NCBI RefSeq assembly: GCF_963921235.1
Contig: NC_086108.1
Span: 21,886,001 to 21,950,000, forward strand
Length of the DNA: 64,000 nucleotides
Direction: 5' to 3'
Source: Mobula hypostoma
Lineage: Eukaryota
How positions within the stretch are numbered: the stretch's first letter is position 1; each line of letters starts with the position of its first letter. The translations under genes were made by a program, and so were the position numbers. The notes beneath the pieces are model-generated. The model saw only the letters and a list, made by a program, of their open reading frames with translations, had not been told where the DNA came from and did not search any database. Positions 1 to 13,038 of this stretch are shown here, piece by piece.

Positions 1-2214
1 AAAGGAAAAGTCTTTACTGTCTATTTCCCTCCAGCAGTCTCTTTGGGAACAAAATATGCGATGTTGGCAGAAAGTCCACCTTTGTGCACTTTTTTGCAAA
101 GTAGTCATGATCTAGGAATATGTTCATAATGCATTGCACATTGCTTTTGTAAAATTTAACAATGTGTATCTCTCTTGTATTTTTTAAAAAGCTAAGTTCT
201 TGGAAGAACCTGAATATCTGCCTTTGAATGGAGTGAAGTTCTAGAACAAAAATTTCCATTGCATGTTAAATATGTGAAAAAGCTAATACAGTTGGAATAA
301 TAACAGAATTGTGTTTGCTGAGGTGTTGTTACCTTGCTGTGATGCTGCTTCAAAGTGTGTTTTGCTGACAAAGCAACCCGAAAAGCTAAAACCTGCATTT
401 GAAATCTGTTTTTGTTTCTCAAAAGGATTACTAAAATCTATCAGTGGTGTGGATCTTAGGTGTATTGTTGCTGAATAGAGCTTTCATCATTAGAGGTGGT
501 GTTGTTATTGAACTAAGGATTCACACAAATTATGGCCTTTTCTAGGATTTCGTTTTTGTTTGGAATTATAGGTTTTGGAAGGTGACCTCCGATTTTTCTT
601 CCAGGTCAGCAAAGACCTGCATTGGTTTATTTAGACTGATTACTCCCTTTGAACACATCATCTTTTCTTGGTGATACATAAGATCACAGACATTGGAACC
701 TGGAGCAACATGCAATCTACTGGAGGAATTCAGCCATCATGTGGCATCTTTGGGAGGAAAGAAATTACGAATGTTTCAGGTTGAGATCCAGCATCAGGAC
801 TTGGTGTTTAGAGTACTGTAATTTACCGCCAAAGTGGTGACACTGAAATTCTAAATTTTCTTAAGTACTTGGAAGTATTAGGAAGCCATGTAGAGGGAAA
901 GCATATTTGATAGTTGATTCGAGCAACACACACAGAATGCTGGAGGAACACAGCAGGCAGGTGATAGTTGATTTCTAAGTGAAATACAGGTAATAAAATA
1001 TTTGGGTGTATGCTGACTTAACTTTGCCAATCACACCACAAAGCCATTGGTTTATCAAAATTTGTTGGCTGACCTGATGAGGTTAAGCAAGATGTCTGAT
1101 GAAGGTTCCTGTTTATCTTATAAAAGGTCAAATAAGTTTTGCATGTTGATTTGTTCATGGAAGATCAATGAAGACAACTTATTAAAATTTTCGTATTGAT
1201 TTCATAGTAAAGCAGGAGATAGATTTTTCATCAATTAAAAAAAACTGTTGGTAGGATCCAAGGTGTTACGTTTAGTACATTGCCAAGATTTCAAAGAGAA
1301 GAGAAAAGGTAATAAATCTGAGCATGGGTCTTAGTTGAAGTTAAGCTACACTTTTCAATAAAGAATTCTTGCATTTTTTAGAGGAATTTAATTGAAATAA
1401 TTTAACATCATTGTGCCATTTGCTTGAAATAGTGTTTACTTCTGAGCCATAAATAAAATGTCATTATTCTTTTAACTATATCTCAAATTTATAGTTGGTA
1501 TGTATAACTGCAGATTTCAAGGATGAGATAACTCACAGAGGATTATCAAAAAAAAAACTGACCTACATTGCAATCTGCTAAACGTCAATCTGGAAAGCAG
1601 AATTTTTAATTTGGTCACTCTTACGAGTTCATTACTGATCCATTAATGTGCAAACTATATGGGCATTTGTAAATGTTATTCATAAAACTTTGGGCTCAGT
1701 TTTTGACAGGATTTGAAATTGAATTTCTGCAGTTTGATATGTGTACATAGCACTTATTTATCACAGAACAGGTTAATATTCAGAGCTCATCAGGTCCACA
1801 ATAAAATGAACATTAGATCATGTCAGACTTCAAGCTAATTGTAGCCTTGAGATCACTGAGCCAATAAACAAAGTAGGAGATGGGGGCACTGTCAAATTTA
1901 AGTTGAAAGGGATCTGTTTTTATTGCAGTTTAACATCGGGCCAAATAACCGACTTGGTGAAAGTCATAAAGAATTGGATCTACTGGAAATCTGAAATAAA
2001 AACAAAAAATGCCAGAATTTCTAGTATTTTCTTTTCTTACTTCTTGCATCTGCATCTCTGACAATTTTCATGTTTGTCTTTTGTGGCCTCGTGACTCTCA
2101 ATAACTCTTCCATGTTGGTCATCGTAAATTAATTACAAAAATTGTTTGTTTGATATTCTTGTTATCATAATTTCCTTTAAAATCAAAGAAAGTTATTATT
2201 GAGGTCTTTGTATG

Positions 2215-2520
2215 TCACCATATACTACCTAAAGCTCCTGTATCTTCTGTCTGATGGTAGTAGCAAGAAGAGAGCATGGCCTTGATAGTGGCCATGCTTG
2301 ATAATGGATGCTGCTTTCTTGTGGCAGTGCTTCTTAGGATTGTGCTCAATGGTGGGGAGGGTTTTTCCTGTAATACACTGGGCTGTATCCACCTCTCTCT
2401 GGAGACTTTTCCATTCTTGGGCATTGGTAATTCCATACCAGGCTGTGATGCAAGCAGTTAGGCTCCTCTGCACTGTCCATCTCCAGAAGTTTGTCAATTT
2501 ACATAAACTTCTCAGAAAGT
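2215..2520 (-). mobile_element. Rex1/Babar-type LINE, decayed 3' fragment
   Basis: The minus-strand ORF has SLTACITAWYG...LQR...KAASIIK, the same C-terminal motifs as the copies at 5564, 10567 and 46350. Confidence 0.7.
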
Positions 2521-3354
2521 AGAAAGTAGATTATCACATGTACATTGTTCTTTCCCAGAATTCAATTAATGATTTGAGCAAAATTTGAGAATAGGAAAAC
2601 TGGTTGTTAATTACTTCAAGGTTCAAATTTGCAATTAGCAGCAAAGTATTACAGCTTGTAAGGAAATGACACTGATGGAAAGGTAAAACTAATCAGGTTT
2701 GTGAATCCACTTCAGATTTGAAAGTGCACATTTTCTGTTGCAGTTGTCCAAAAATGAGAACATTAAGGCAATTCATCTCTGCTACTGTTAGCTAGCTTGG
2801 ACTCCACTGCTGCTCTCAATTGCTTCCCATTTAATACTTTTATGGTCAGCCATGTCACATGTCCTGCTGGCTTCTCCTGTAGCTTGCTTACAGTGTTTAT
2901 CTAATCATACTAATACAGAGTGGGAATAAGGAGTTATTGCTGATTGGAATTCTTGGCAAATTAAAATATGAAATGTGAGCAGAGGATTTTACTTGATGGT
3001 TTCAAAGCATGTATTTTGAACTGTGCTGGCCACTCCTTTTCTAAGTCATGATGGCCCATCAGCTGTTGCATATCTCTTGAAATAGATACTTAGTCTGTTT
3101 TATGACCTTAACACTTGATGCTTTGAATGTCAAAGCTTCCCTATGAATTGGACTGATGGCATTTCTGTATGCTGGTGCAGCTATACACATTGCATTCATC
3201 GCTCTGGAAAAGACTTTGGAAAGTTCATCAGTGTGAACTCAAGTGAAATTCAATAATTTAACTTTGGTTTGGTGATCAAGTATTATTTAACAGGGACGAC
3301 AAAATAGGTATAATGTAGTGAAGGCCTGAAACAAATTAGATCTTGTTGCAGAAC

Positions 3355-3846
3355 AAATTAGTATACTGTCAGTACTACTACAGTACTGTAAAACTGTATT
3401 AGTTCCTAGTAGTTATCGACAGAGGAATTCATCCAGCTTACATTGCCATACTGTTTTGATTGACTGTAAATGAACAAGACCTGCACAGACATCTGGTGCA
3501 GATAATGGACTACCTTTATACAATGCTTTCAACAATTGCAACCTCCAAATCTGAATTTTCATTGTAACATTCAAGATTATTATCGATACCTTTGTAGTTC
3601 CTAACTTGTTGAAATAGTGAAATTGTTTCGTTTTCACTCTTGGCTGTTTGTGGCATCTTCACGCGACTGACTCTAGTCAGAAACTGTTTGGCAACAGTTT
3701 CCTGTCCCAATTAAGCAGCATAGTGTCCCAAATAAATGAAGGGAATCCCTGCAATTTTCTTGATTAATTTTTGTTCTTTTTAAGAGTTGTCCCAAATAAG
3801 TGGCTGCCCTGATTAACCGATGGTCCATTTAAACGGAATCCACTGT
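3355..3846. mobile_element. Tc1/pogo (Tigger-like) non-autonomous DNA element, left end not found
   Basis: It ends in 'aaacggaatccactg-ta', a CAGT-type terminus plus TA. It has repeated subterminal 'gtcccaattaa/gtcccaaataa' motifs. Confidence 0.5.
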
Positions 3847-6092
3847 ATTTATTTTTCTTATCGACTCAAGGATTTTAGAAACGATTTATCCCTCTGTTTC
3901 AGTTCCTTGGAATGATTTTGGTAAATATATTCTGCAGGGTCCCCAAAACCTTTACACCTTTACAAAAATAAGGCACCTAGAACTATGATCAGTCCTCCAG
4001 TACTCCAGCTGAGGCCAAGCCTGTGCATTATGAATGTTCATCATGACTTTTTGTATTTTATGCTTCTATTTATAAATTAAAGCTCAGGATACCATATGCT
4101 TTATTAACTTCTTTGTTACCCTCTGTAACAGAAATATGATAGCAGAGGGGAAGAAACTGTTCCTAAAATGTTAAATGTGGGCCTTCAGGCTGCTATTTTA
4201 TCTACCGTTGATACATTCATTTCACCTGCCTGTCTCTGTCTCTGTCTCCTTGAAATATATTGCCCTTGTTCTCACAGGTTACTGGGCTTCCAAGTTTTGT
4301 ATCATCTGCACATTTGGAGATGGTGCTTTTTATAGCCAAGTCCAAATCATTCATACTGACACCTGGAGTTTCCCCACTGGACACTTCCCCCCCAGTTAGT
4401 ACTGCCCTCTGTGTCTGTTACTCAGTCAATTTCTGTCAATGCTGTCATCTTACACAACATGACTTTCAGTCTAATGGAAAGAATATTATGTGCCCCCTTC
4501 TCAGTGTCTTCTGGAAGTGCATGTAAACCATATTGGCCACATCAACCTTTTTCACCACTTCATCAAAAACTTTGACCAACTAGTTGAGTATATTATCTCT
4601 TGAACAAACCAATGCTAGTTTTCTCTAATCTATCAACACTTTTTCAAGTGACCACAGATTCTGTTCCTGATTATTGATTCTGAAGCTTGCCCCATTACAA
4701 TAAAACTGATGAGTCTGTAATTAACTGGAGTTACCCTTGCATCCTCTTTCTTCAAACAGTTGTAACATCCTGACCCTGAGGTACTTCTTGAATGAGTAGA
4801 TGTTTGGTAGTTTAAGCCAGAGCTGTGCTTCCCTCAGCAATTTGGCATGCAGACCATGTAGCCAGATGATTTATTGATGTGAAGCGTAACTAGTCCTTAT
4901 AGTTCCAAATTTTTATCAATATTTTGGACATTCAGAATCTCAATTACATCTTTCTTTGCTGGTGAACACTAACATAAAGTTTCTCATGTCCTCTGCCCTG
5001 ATGAGTAAATTTATTTTTGCTCTGGTCAGCCCCACCTCCTTTTAGTTATTTTCTGTTCACATGGTTATAGTATCCTTTTATGTTTGTTACTAGTCCATTC
5101 TCATTTCATTTTTCACTTGCCCTCTGAACCTGATTAACATGTATTAAAATTCAGCATCTGTCAAATGCTTTACTTTGCACCTCCTTTTTTTTTTAAATGT
5201 GCTTTTTGCCATCCTGGAGCTCTGGCATTGATATTTTTATCTGCCTCAGGAGAACTTGCCTCAGCTATGGCTGAAACATGCACACTTTAAAACCTCCCTG
5301 TTGCTCAATTACGGTATTACCTGCCAAGCCTTTATTTCACTTAACATGGACCAGATGTGTTATTATTCATTAAATCGCACCCTTCCCCAACCGACTGCTT
5401 TAATCTTGGGGTGGTCTATATCCTACTATTTAACAATACTATTATCACCATTTCCTATATGTTCCCTCACTGACATTTGCTGACTTGGCGTGGCTCATTT
5501 CCCAGGATATCATTCTTTACTGAGATTCTCGCGGTAACATTGTTCTTAATGTTAAAACTTCTCAACACTCAAAAACTTCTATAGTTGTACCGTGGAGAGC
5601 ATTCTGACAGGCTGCATCACTGTCTGGTATGGAGGGGCTACTGCATAGGACTGCAAGAAGCTGCAGAAGGTTGTAAACCTAATCAGCTCCACCTTGGGCA
5701 CTAGCCTACAAAGTACCCAGGACATCTTTAGAGAGCGGTGTCTCAGAAAGGCAGCGTCCATCATTAAGGACCTCCAGCACCCAGGGTCCTTCTCTCACTG
5801 TTACTATCAGGTAAGAGGTATAGAAGCCTGAAGGCACATGCTCAGCGATTCAGGAATGGCTTCTACCCCTCTGCCATCTGATTCCTAAATGGACATTGAA
5901 GCTTTGGAGACTACCTCACTTTTTTTTAATATATAGTATTTCTGTTTTTGCACGTTTTTTAATCTATTCAATATATGTAATTAATTTACTTGCGCAAACA
6001 CGAGGAATTCTGCAGATGCTGGAAATTCAAGCAACACACATCAAAGTTGCTGGTGAACGCAGCAGGCCAGGCAGCATCTCTAGGAAGAGGTA

Positions 6093-6130
6093 CAGTCGAC
6101 GTTTCAGGCCGAGACCCTTCGTCAGGACTA
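6093..6130 (-). ncRNA. Minimal hammerhead ribozyme motif, inverse copy
   Basis: The reverse complement reads TAGTC-CTGACGA-agggtctcggcct-GAAA-C-GTC-GACTG. Confidence 0.68.
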
Positions 6131-6880
6131 ACTGAAGGAAGAGTTAGTAAGAGATTTGCAAGTGGGAGGGGGAGATCCAAAATGATAGAAGAAGACAGGA
6201 GGGGGAAGGATGGAGCCAAGAGCTTGACAGGTGATTGGCAAAGGGGATATGAGAGGATCATGGGACAGAAGGTCCAGGGAGAAAGACAAGGGGGGGGAGG
6301 AACCCAGAGGATGGGCAAGGGGTATAGTCAGAGGAACAGAGGGAGAAAAAGGAGAGTGAGAGAAAGAATGTGTGTATAAAAATAAATAACGGATGGGGTA
6401 CGAGGGGGAGGTGGGGCATTAGCGGAAGTTAGAGAAGTCGATGTTCATGCCATCAGGTTGGAGGCTACCCAGACGGAATATAAGGTGTTGTTCCTTCAAC
6501 CTGATACAACACCTTATATTCCGTCTGGGTAGCCTCCAACCTGATGGCATGAACATCGACTTCTCTAACTTCCGCTAATGCCCCACCTCCCCCTCGTACC
6601 CCATCCGTTATTTATTTTTATACACACATTCTTTCTCTCACTCTCCTTTTTCTCCCTCTGTCCCTCTGACTATATGACTATACCCCTTGCCCATCCTCTG
6701 GGTTCCTCCCCCACCCTTGTCTTTCTCCCCGGACCTCCTGTCCCATGATCCTCTCATATCCCCTTTGCCAATCACCTGTCAAGCTCTTGCTCCATCCTTC
6801 CCCCTCCTGTCTTCTTCTATCATTTTGGATCTTCCCCTCCCCCTCCCACTTTCAAATCTCTTACTAACTCTTCCTTCAGT

Positions 6881-6918
6881 TAGTCCTGACGAAGGGTCTC
6901 AGCCTGAAACGTCGACTG
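6881..6918 (+). ncRNA. Minimal type I hammerhead ribozyme motif (PLE-associated)
   Basis: TAGTC-CTGACGA-agggtctcagcct-GAAA-C-GTC-GACTG. Stem I is TAGTC/GACTG, the CUGANGA and GAAA boxes are intact, the cleavage triplet is GUC (6911-6913), and a palindromic ACGT replaces stem III. Confidence 0.7.
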
Positions 6919-7459
6919 TACCTCTTCCTAGAGATGCTGCCTGGCCTGCTGCGTTCACCAGCAACTTTGATGTGTGTTAATTAATTTACTTGTTTATTTA
7001 TTATTTTTTTTTCTCTGGTAGATTATGTATTGCATTGAACTGCTGCTGCTAAGTTAACAAATTTCACGTCACATGCCCGTGATAATAAACCTGATTCTGA
7101 TTCTGAAGACTGATGTGCAGAACTCTAGTACCTCATTTTATTATTTGAGATGTGTTGTAAGGAACAATAACAGTAATGGAAGTCGTCCTAGAGGGGATCA
7201 TTTTTGGAATGTATGCATTTCTAATCATATATGTGTTCAGTAACTGGTGTGAATTTCTTCAACAAAACAACAATTTCACATCATATGTCAGTAATATTAA
7301 ATCTGATTCTGACAATTTGTTAACAATAGCAATGATCTATGTCAGACGTGTCTTATTTGTTGTTTTGATCTATTGCAAAGTTTTAAAGCTTAAGTAGACA
7401 CTTCATGAAACATTTTGAGAAATTAACAACATAGTATTCAGTTCTATTGAAGTGCAATA

Positions 7460-9011
7460 CAGGTTCCCCCGCCATCCAAAGGAAGAGCATTCCTAAGAAA
7501 CGGTTCGTAAGCCGAAATGTCGTAAAGTGAAGAAGCAATTACCATTTATTTATATGGGAAAATTTTGTGAGCGTTTGCAGACCCCAAAATAACCTACTAA
7601 ATCATGCCAAATAACACATAAAACCTAAAATAACAGTAACGTATAGTAAAAGCAGGAATGATATGATAAATACACAGCCTATATAAAGTAGAAATACTTT
7701 TCCACAATCATTATTGCACTGTTCTCCGTAGCGAAAATCTCATGCAAGCTCTCTCGGCAAAAACACGGCGCAAGCGCGCTCTGCAGTAACCTTTAAGCTA
7801 TGAAGCTGCCAAATCATACCAAATAACACGTAAAAATACACAGCCTTTATAAAGTAGAAATAATGTATGTACAGTGTTGTATCACTTACCGGAATTGGCT
7901 CAGCGCTGAGCATACTGATGATGGTGTGTTAGATTGAGTTGGAGGTTGGTGTGGTGCAGTGGCCCCCACCCTCCAGGCCACCGACCAATATATTGCTGCG
8001 AAGCATGCAGGGGTGCAGCGGTAGCCGGGAGGCACACAGCACATCTTTAAGAAAAAAGCCGAAATAAGCATGCTAATAAATTAGGTGCTGGCCGGCACGT
8101 AATTGTCGGCCCAGATCAGTGCCGATTTCCGATTGCGTCGTCTCTGATCTGGGCCGACAATTACGCGTCGGGCGGCACCTAATTAATTAGCATGCTTATT
8201 TTGGCTTTTTTCTTAAAGATGTGCTGTGTGTCTCCTGGCTACTGCTGCATTCTCCGCGAATCGATACTGTATCTGTCCGCAGCCTGGGATTTGGGGTGGT
8301 GGGACACTGGGGTGTCATCTCGTCGTCTGTTTCCATTAGAGCAGGCAGCTCATCTTCTCCTATGACTGCCCGCCTCGATGTCAAACGTCGAGGTTCGTCG
8401 TCTGCTGTGGCTGATGTGGAAGGCTTGCTTGACTGCTGAGCCTTGCTCATTTTTCTATCACACAGTTTTTGTAAGCACTCAATCCATCCTGCAAATATCC
8501 CCTAAACCTATGTATCCTTTCAAAATTAAAGTCGTACTTTATCATTACTCATTCAGTTTCGATTGTTATCCTTTCCTCTTCCAATTGCATCAGCTCTTCA
8601 TCTATCAGTTCTTGGTCATGGGATGCCAAAACCTCTTCAACATCATCTTCGTCAGCTTCCACAAGCCAAGCTCACTTAGTCCTTGCTTTGTTCACCACGA
8701 TCGAAATGCTTAATTATGTCTAGTTTTATGCTAAGTGCGACACCCTTACGAGCTCTTTCAGGCTTTTCCGATACCATAGAACTCATCTTGCTAACGGCTG
8801 CTCACAGACACGTATTTAAGCAATGCCAGCGAGAATGCAGTTCCGAATCCGGGGGAGAGCGGCTGCTCGGGGCACGCGCTGCCTTTTATCGCGCTGCTTT
8901 TTTACTGTAACAGTGAAAACACCTTCTGAAAGCGAAAACAGGGAACTAATGTAGGTCTTTCGTAACAGTGAGGTTTCGTAAAGCGAACGTTCGAAAAGCG
9001 GGGGACACCTG
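7460..9011 (-). mobile_element. Internally deleted Tigger (pogo superfamily) DNA transposon, copy 1
   Basis: Termini are ta-CAGGTTCCCCC ... GGGGGACACCTG-ta with a TA TSD. The minus strand keeps transposase remnants (KGVALSIKLDIIKHFDRGE; VEEVLASHDQELIDEELMQLEEE). There is an internal palindrome at 8015-8249. Confidence 0.8.
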
Positions 9012-9286
9012 TATTTATTTCATGTTCTTCATTCTTTGCATAAGTTGAAGGTTTGTCTGGGCTTTTTAATTCCTGATATCTTGTCAGTAATACCTGAACA
9101 TTGATCAAAAGAGATTGCTGCCCTCCAATTTGAGCAATGTGGGGAAAAAAAGTGTCTTTTGTAGAGGTTAGCTTTGAATTAGAATGAGGCTGTGTTTTTT
9201 TTAAGGAAACCACCAAAACAAATTTTAGGAGATGGCTGTTTAATTAAACAGATGGGGATAAATAAATTTGTATTTGAGCTTATATT

Positions 9287-10985
9287 GCTGGCGATCAGCT
9301 GGAGCTCAAGAAAAGCAGCTATAATCTGCACAAAGCTAACGAGGCTGCGAAACAACAATACAGGGACGAAATTGAGTCAAGATTCACAACAAATAGCACA
9401 CGTGACTTGTGGCGAGGGCTGCATACCATCGCAGACTTCAAAGCCAAATGGTGCCACCAACATCGTGGCCTCTCTCCCAGATGAGCTCAATCGCTTTTAC
9501 ACTCAGCTCGATGTTGCTAACTCTGAGCCTCCGAGGAAAGCCACCGTTACAACCTGCAACCTGGTCATCTCTGAGGCTGAGGTATGCAGATGTTTTCAAC
9601 GAGGGGACAGTCACAAGGCTGAGAGACCGGACGGCATCCCAGGGCGGGTACTTAGGATATGCACAGCTCAACTGATAGGTGTGTTTGCGGACATTTTTAA
9701 TCTCTCCCTCTCCCAGTGTAGAGTGTCCTCCTGCTTCAAATTATCCACCATTGTCTCTGTACCGAAAAGACTGAGGTAACATGCCTGAATGACTGGTGTC
9801 CTGTCACACTTACCTCAATAATAAGTAAATGCTCTGAGAGGCTAGTCAAGGATTACACCTTCAGCTTGCTACCACCCAAACTGGACCCCCTACAATTCGC
9901 CTACCGACACAACCGATCGACAGACGACGCAATAGCCACTGCTCTATATACCGTCCTTACACATCTGAAGAAGGATGCTTATGTGAGAATGCTGTTTTTG
10001 GACCACAGTTCAACATTCAACACTATAGTTCCATCCAGGTTCGACAGGAAGCTCTGAGACCTCGGCCTTGACCCTGCCTTGTGCAGCTGGATCCTGTCAG
10101 ATCGCCGGCAGTGGTAAGAGTGGGCTCCCTCACCTCTACCCCTCTGACTCTCAATACAGGAGCCCCTCAGGGCTGTGTACTAAGTCCCCTCCTTTACTGC
10201 CTGTATACCCATGACTGTGTCGCCACCCACAGCTCTAATCTGCTCATTAAATTTGCCGACGACACTACATTGATTGGCCTTATCTCAAACAATACCGAGG
10301 TGGCCTGCAGGGAAGAGGTCATCTGTCTGACACAGTGGTATCAAGAAAACAACCCTTCCCTCAATGTTGCAAAAGCAAAGGAGCTGGTTGTGGATTACCG
10401 GAGGAATGGAGACGAGCTAACCCCTATTGACATCAATGGATCTGGGGTTGAGAGGATGAACAGCTTTAAGTTCCTCGGCATCCACATCACCGAGGACCTC
10501 ACATGGTCTGTACATACCAGTTGTGCGGTGAAAAGGGCACAACAGCACCCATTTCATCTCAGATAGTTGAGGAAGTTTGGTATGGGCCCCCAAATCCTAA
10601 GAACCTTCTTTAGGGGCACAATTGAGAGCATCCTGTCTGGCTGCATCACTGCTTGGTATAGGAACTGTACTTCCCTTAATCGCAGGACTCTGCAGAGAGT
10701 GGTGCTGATGGCTCAGCGCATCTGTAGTTGTGGACTTCCCATGATTCAGGACATTTACAAAGACAGGTGTGTAAAAAGCGCCCGTAGGATCATTGGGGAC
10801 CCGAGTCACCCTAACCACAATCTATTCTAGCTGCTACCATCTGGGAAACGGTGCCACAGCATAAAAGCCAGGACCAACAGGCTCCGGGACAGCCTCCTCC
10901 ATCAGATCATAAGACTGATTAACTCACGTTGATTTGAGTGTATTCTATGTTACATTTACTGTTCTATTTATTATAAATTATTATA
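9287..10985 (+). mobile_element. 5'-truncated Rex1/Babar-type LINE, reverse transcriptase pseudogene
   Basis: Frameshifted ORFs carry the RT motifs [53 protein letters not shown] and ESILSGCITAWY. Confidence 0.9.
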
Positions 10986-12941
10986 GATTTTTGGTGAATG
11001 AGATTTGTTGTATTATCTGATGGAATGTGATCATCCAATTCTTATGAAAACGCAAGCAAAACAGCAAGAAAATCAGACTCTATTTTAGTGTTGTGCATGT
11101 TGAGTGATGTCTTTGTGCGCTAAATCTCCATCACTACCTGATCAAATGCAACTAGAGCAGGGTAATTCATGTAACCTTGCAAGTAATATCCATATTGTTG
11201 CATGAATGAAGTCACTGGAGAAACGTACTGGTAGAATCAAAGCAGCTTCTTTATTTGACAAAACAAGGTACATCAGGGCATCATATGGGAGATGCTTTCA
11301 CTCAAAGGTCTGGCTGGGCCAACGTGGGGCTTGTGTGCCAAATATCAAAGGACAATTCCAAATTTACAGTGTATGGACAATGCTTTCTTTGTAACTACAT
11401 ACAACCTTCACAGCTTGTGATTCGCATCCATATCATAGACATCCAAATAAATTTTAATCAGCATTGTCTGGTTTGGAAACCATTGTTCAGAGCTGCGCTC
11501 CAAATTAAATCCACAATACATTTTAAGATGTGAAGTCTGGTAAATGTATGTGTTTAGGACACCTACATTGCTAAATGTATGTGTCTTAAACCCCAAAAAT
11601 TGCTCTAACAATCCAGTATCTGAGAATTAATATTTATTTCTTAAAAAAAGCTCTGACATGTAATCTCTTAGTGCAGTGGTAAGAGATTATTTTACCCATT
11701 GAGTCTTTAATGACTTTGTCTCTGATTGATCCCATTCCTCTGTTCTATTCTTGTAGTTCTAGAAATGATTTACAAATAGTATCCAATTCCCCTTTGAAAG
11801 CTGCCTTTGACATTTTCCCTAGCACTGGCTTATAGACGGTGGATTCCAGTTCATAACTACGTTCGACACAAGTTTTTTTTTGCAGTATTCACCACATCTT
11901 TGCTCATCAGTTCCCTTATTTTAAAACCATTTGCCATTAAGCAATATCTTTGTGTTTACTCATAGCAGTTATGATATGCATATATTTTGTGTCTTGGCCC
12001 AACTTCCTTCTTTGCTTCAAAGAAATCAAACTCATTTTCTGCAGCTGAAATCAAGTCATTCCAAGAACTATTGTAGGGAAACTTTCCTCCACCACGTCTG
12101 TGTACTACTTGTATTTTCATGACTGTCTTTAGAATCAATACTTGAATTGTTGCTAAACCAATGTATTATAGCATTCCAGCTTTTGTGTTCTACCTTTTAA
12201 ATTGATTGTAAATTACTCTTACAAATGCTGCCACTTTCAAATGTTTCTCAATATATGCATTCAAATCTTCTTTTCTTATAAGCCATTTGTATCTCTGCCA
12301 TTTGGTTTATGTTGACTCTTGTTCTTTTGTCAAAAATATCACACCTCACTCCATTAAAATTCATTGTTCCTATCTATCAATGACTTGGTGTAGTTTGGTA
12401 GTATTCTCTTTGAAGTTTTGTCAAAATGCTGTGCTAACTGCACAAACATTTGCCTTTCCTGCTGCTGTGATATAGACTTGGTTGTGGTTCAGTCCTCCAT
12501 TAGCATTCCTTCAGCAATGAAACAATTAAAATTATTTCTTTGCTACTTGTCAGTGTGGAGTGAGCCATGTGCAATGGCAGCCTGTGAGGTCTGGGTTTGG
12601 GTGGGCTGGAGTACTTAGCATGGCCTCTTAGATTGAATTCCTCTGTTTGGCTGCACAGCTCTCAACCCAGAGATTTCTGCAACCAGTGTAAGGGTGGTTG
12701 CTTGCCAATGTACCCTAATACTATTCACATACTTATAGAAAACCTCTGGATCTTCTTTAATATGAATTGCAATAAAAAAAATTTCCCTTCCTATTTCCAT
12801 TTCCATGGTCTCTTTCAGTCAGGTGCTTACTTGAACTATTCCCCTGATGTGCCTCATAAATCTTGTTTTATTTCATCTTATTCCTTATTTCCTTTATTGT
12901 TAAAATTCAAGTTTTGATTCCCTATACTTCCCCTTCTATAA

Positions 12942-13038
12942 GTGTATATATATGTATGTGTGTGTTTGTGTGTGTACGTGTATATATATACATACACACA
13001 CACACATACACACACACATAGGTGTATACCTATATATA
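12942..13038. repeat. Compound (TA)/(TG)/(CA) microsatellite
   Basis: Seen directly. It abuts the Tigger terminus at 13039. Confidence 0.85.

Larger units (their letters stand above)
5993..6977. mobile_element. Penelope-like element 3' ends in inverted (fold-back) arrangement, with 15 bp TSD
   Basis: 6032-6491 is a near-perfect reverse complement of 6506-6978. The arms encode the GIY-YIG C-terminus QHLIFRLGSLQPDGMNIDF. The TSD 'taattaatttacttg' occurs at 5978-5992 and 6978-6992. Confidence 0.85.
5564..7105 (+). mobile_element. Rex1/Babar-type LINE 3' end, interrupted at 5993-6977 by a PLE fold-back insertion
   Basis: It has VESILTGCITVWYG-like coding remnants, and the 3' UTR ends 'aataaacctgattctgattctga'. 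It is colinear with the uninterrupted copy at 46350-46938. Confidence 0.8.

Noticed and set aside
5986..6980. Near-identical ORFs MPILWVPPPP... on opposite strands (5986-6318 and 6687-6980)
   Set aside because: They are a by-product of the inverted repeat in the PLE 3' UTR, not a duplicated gene.
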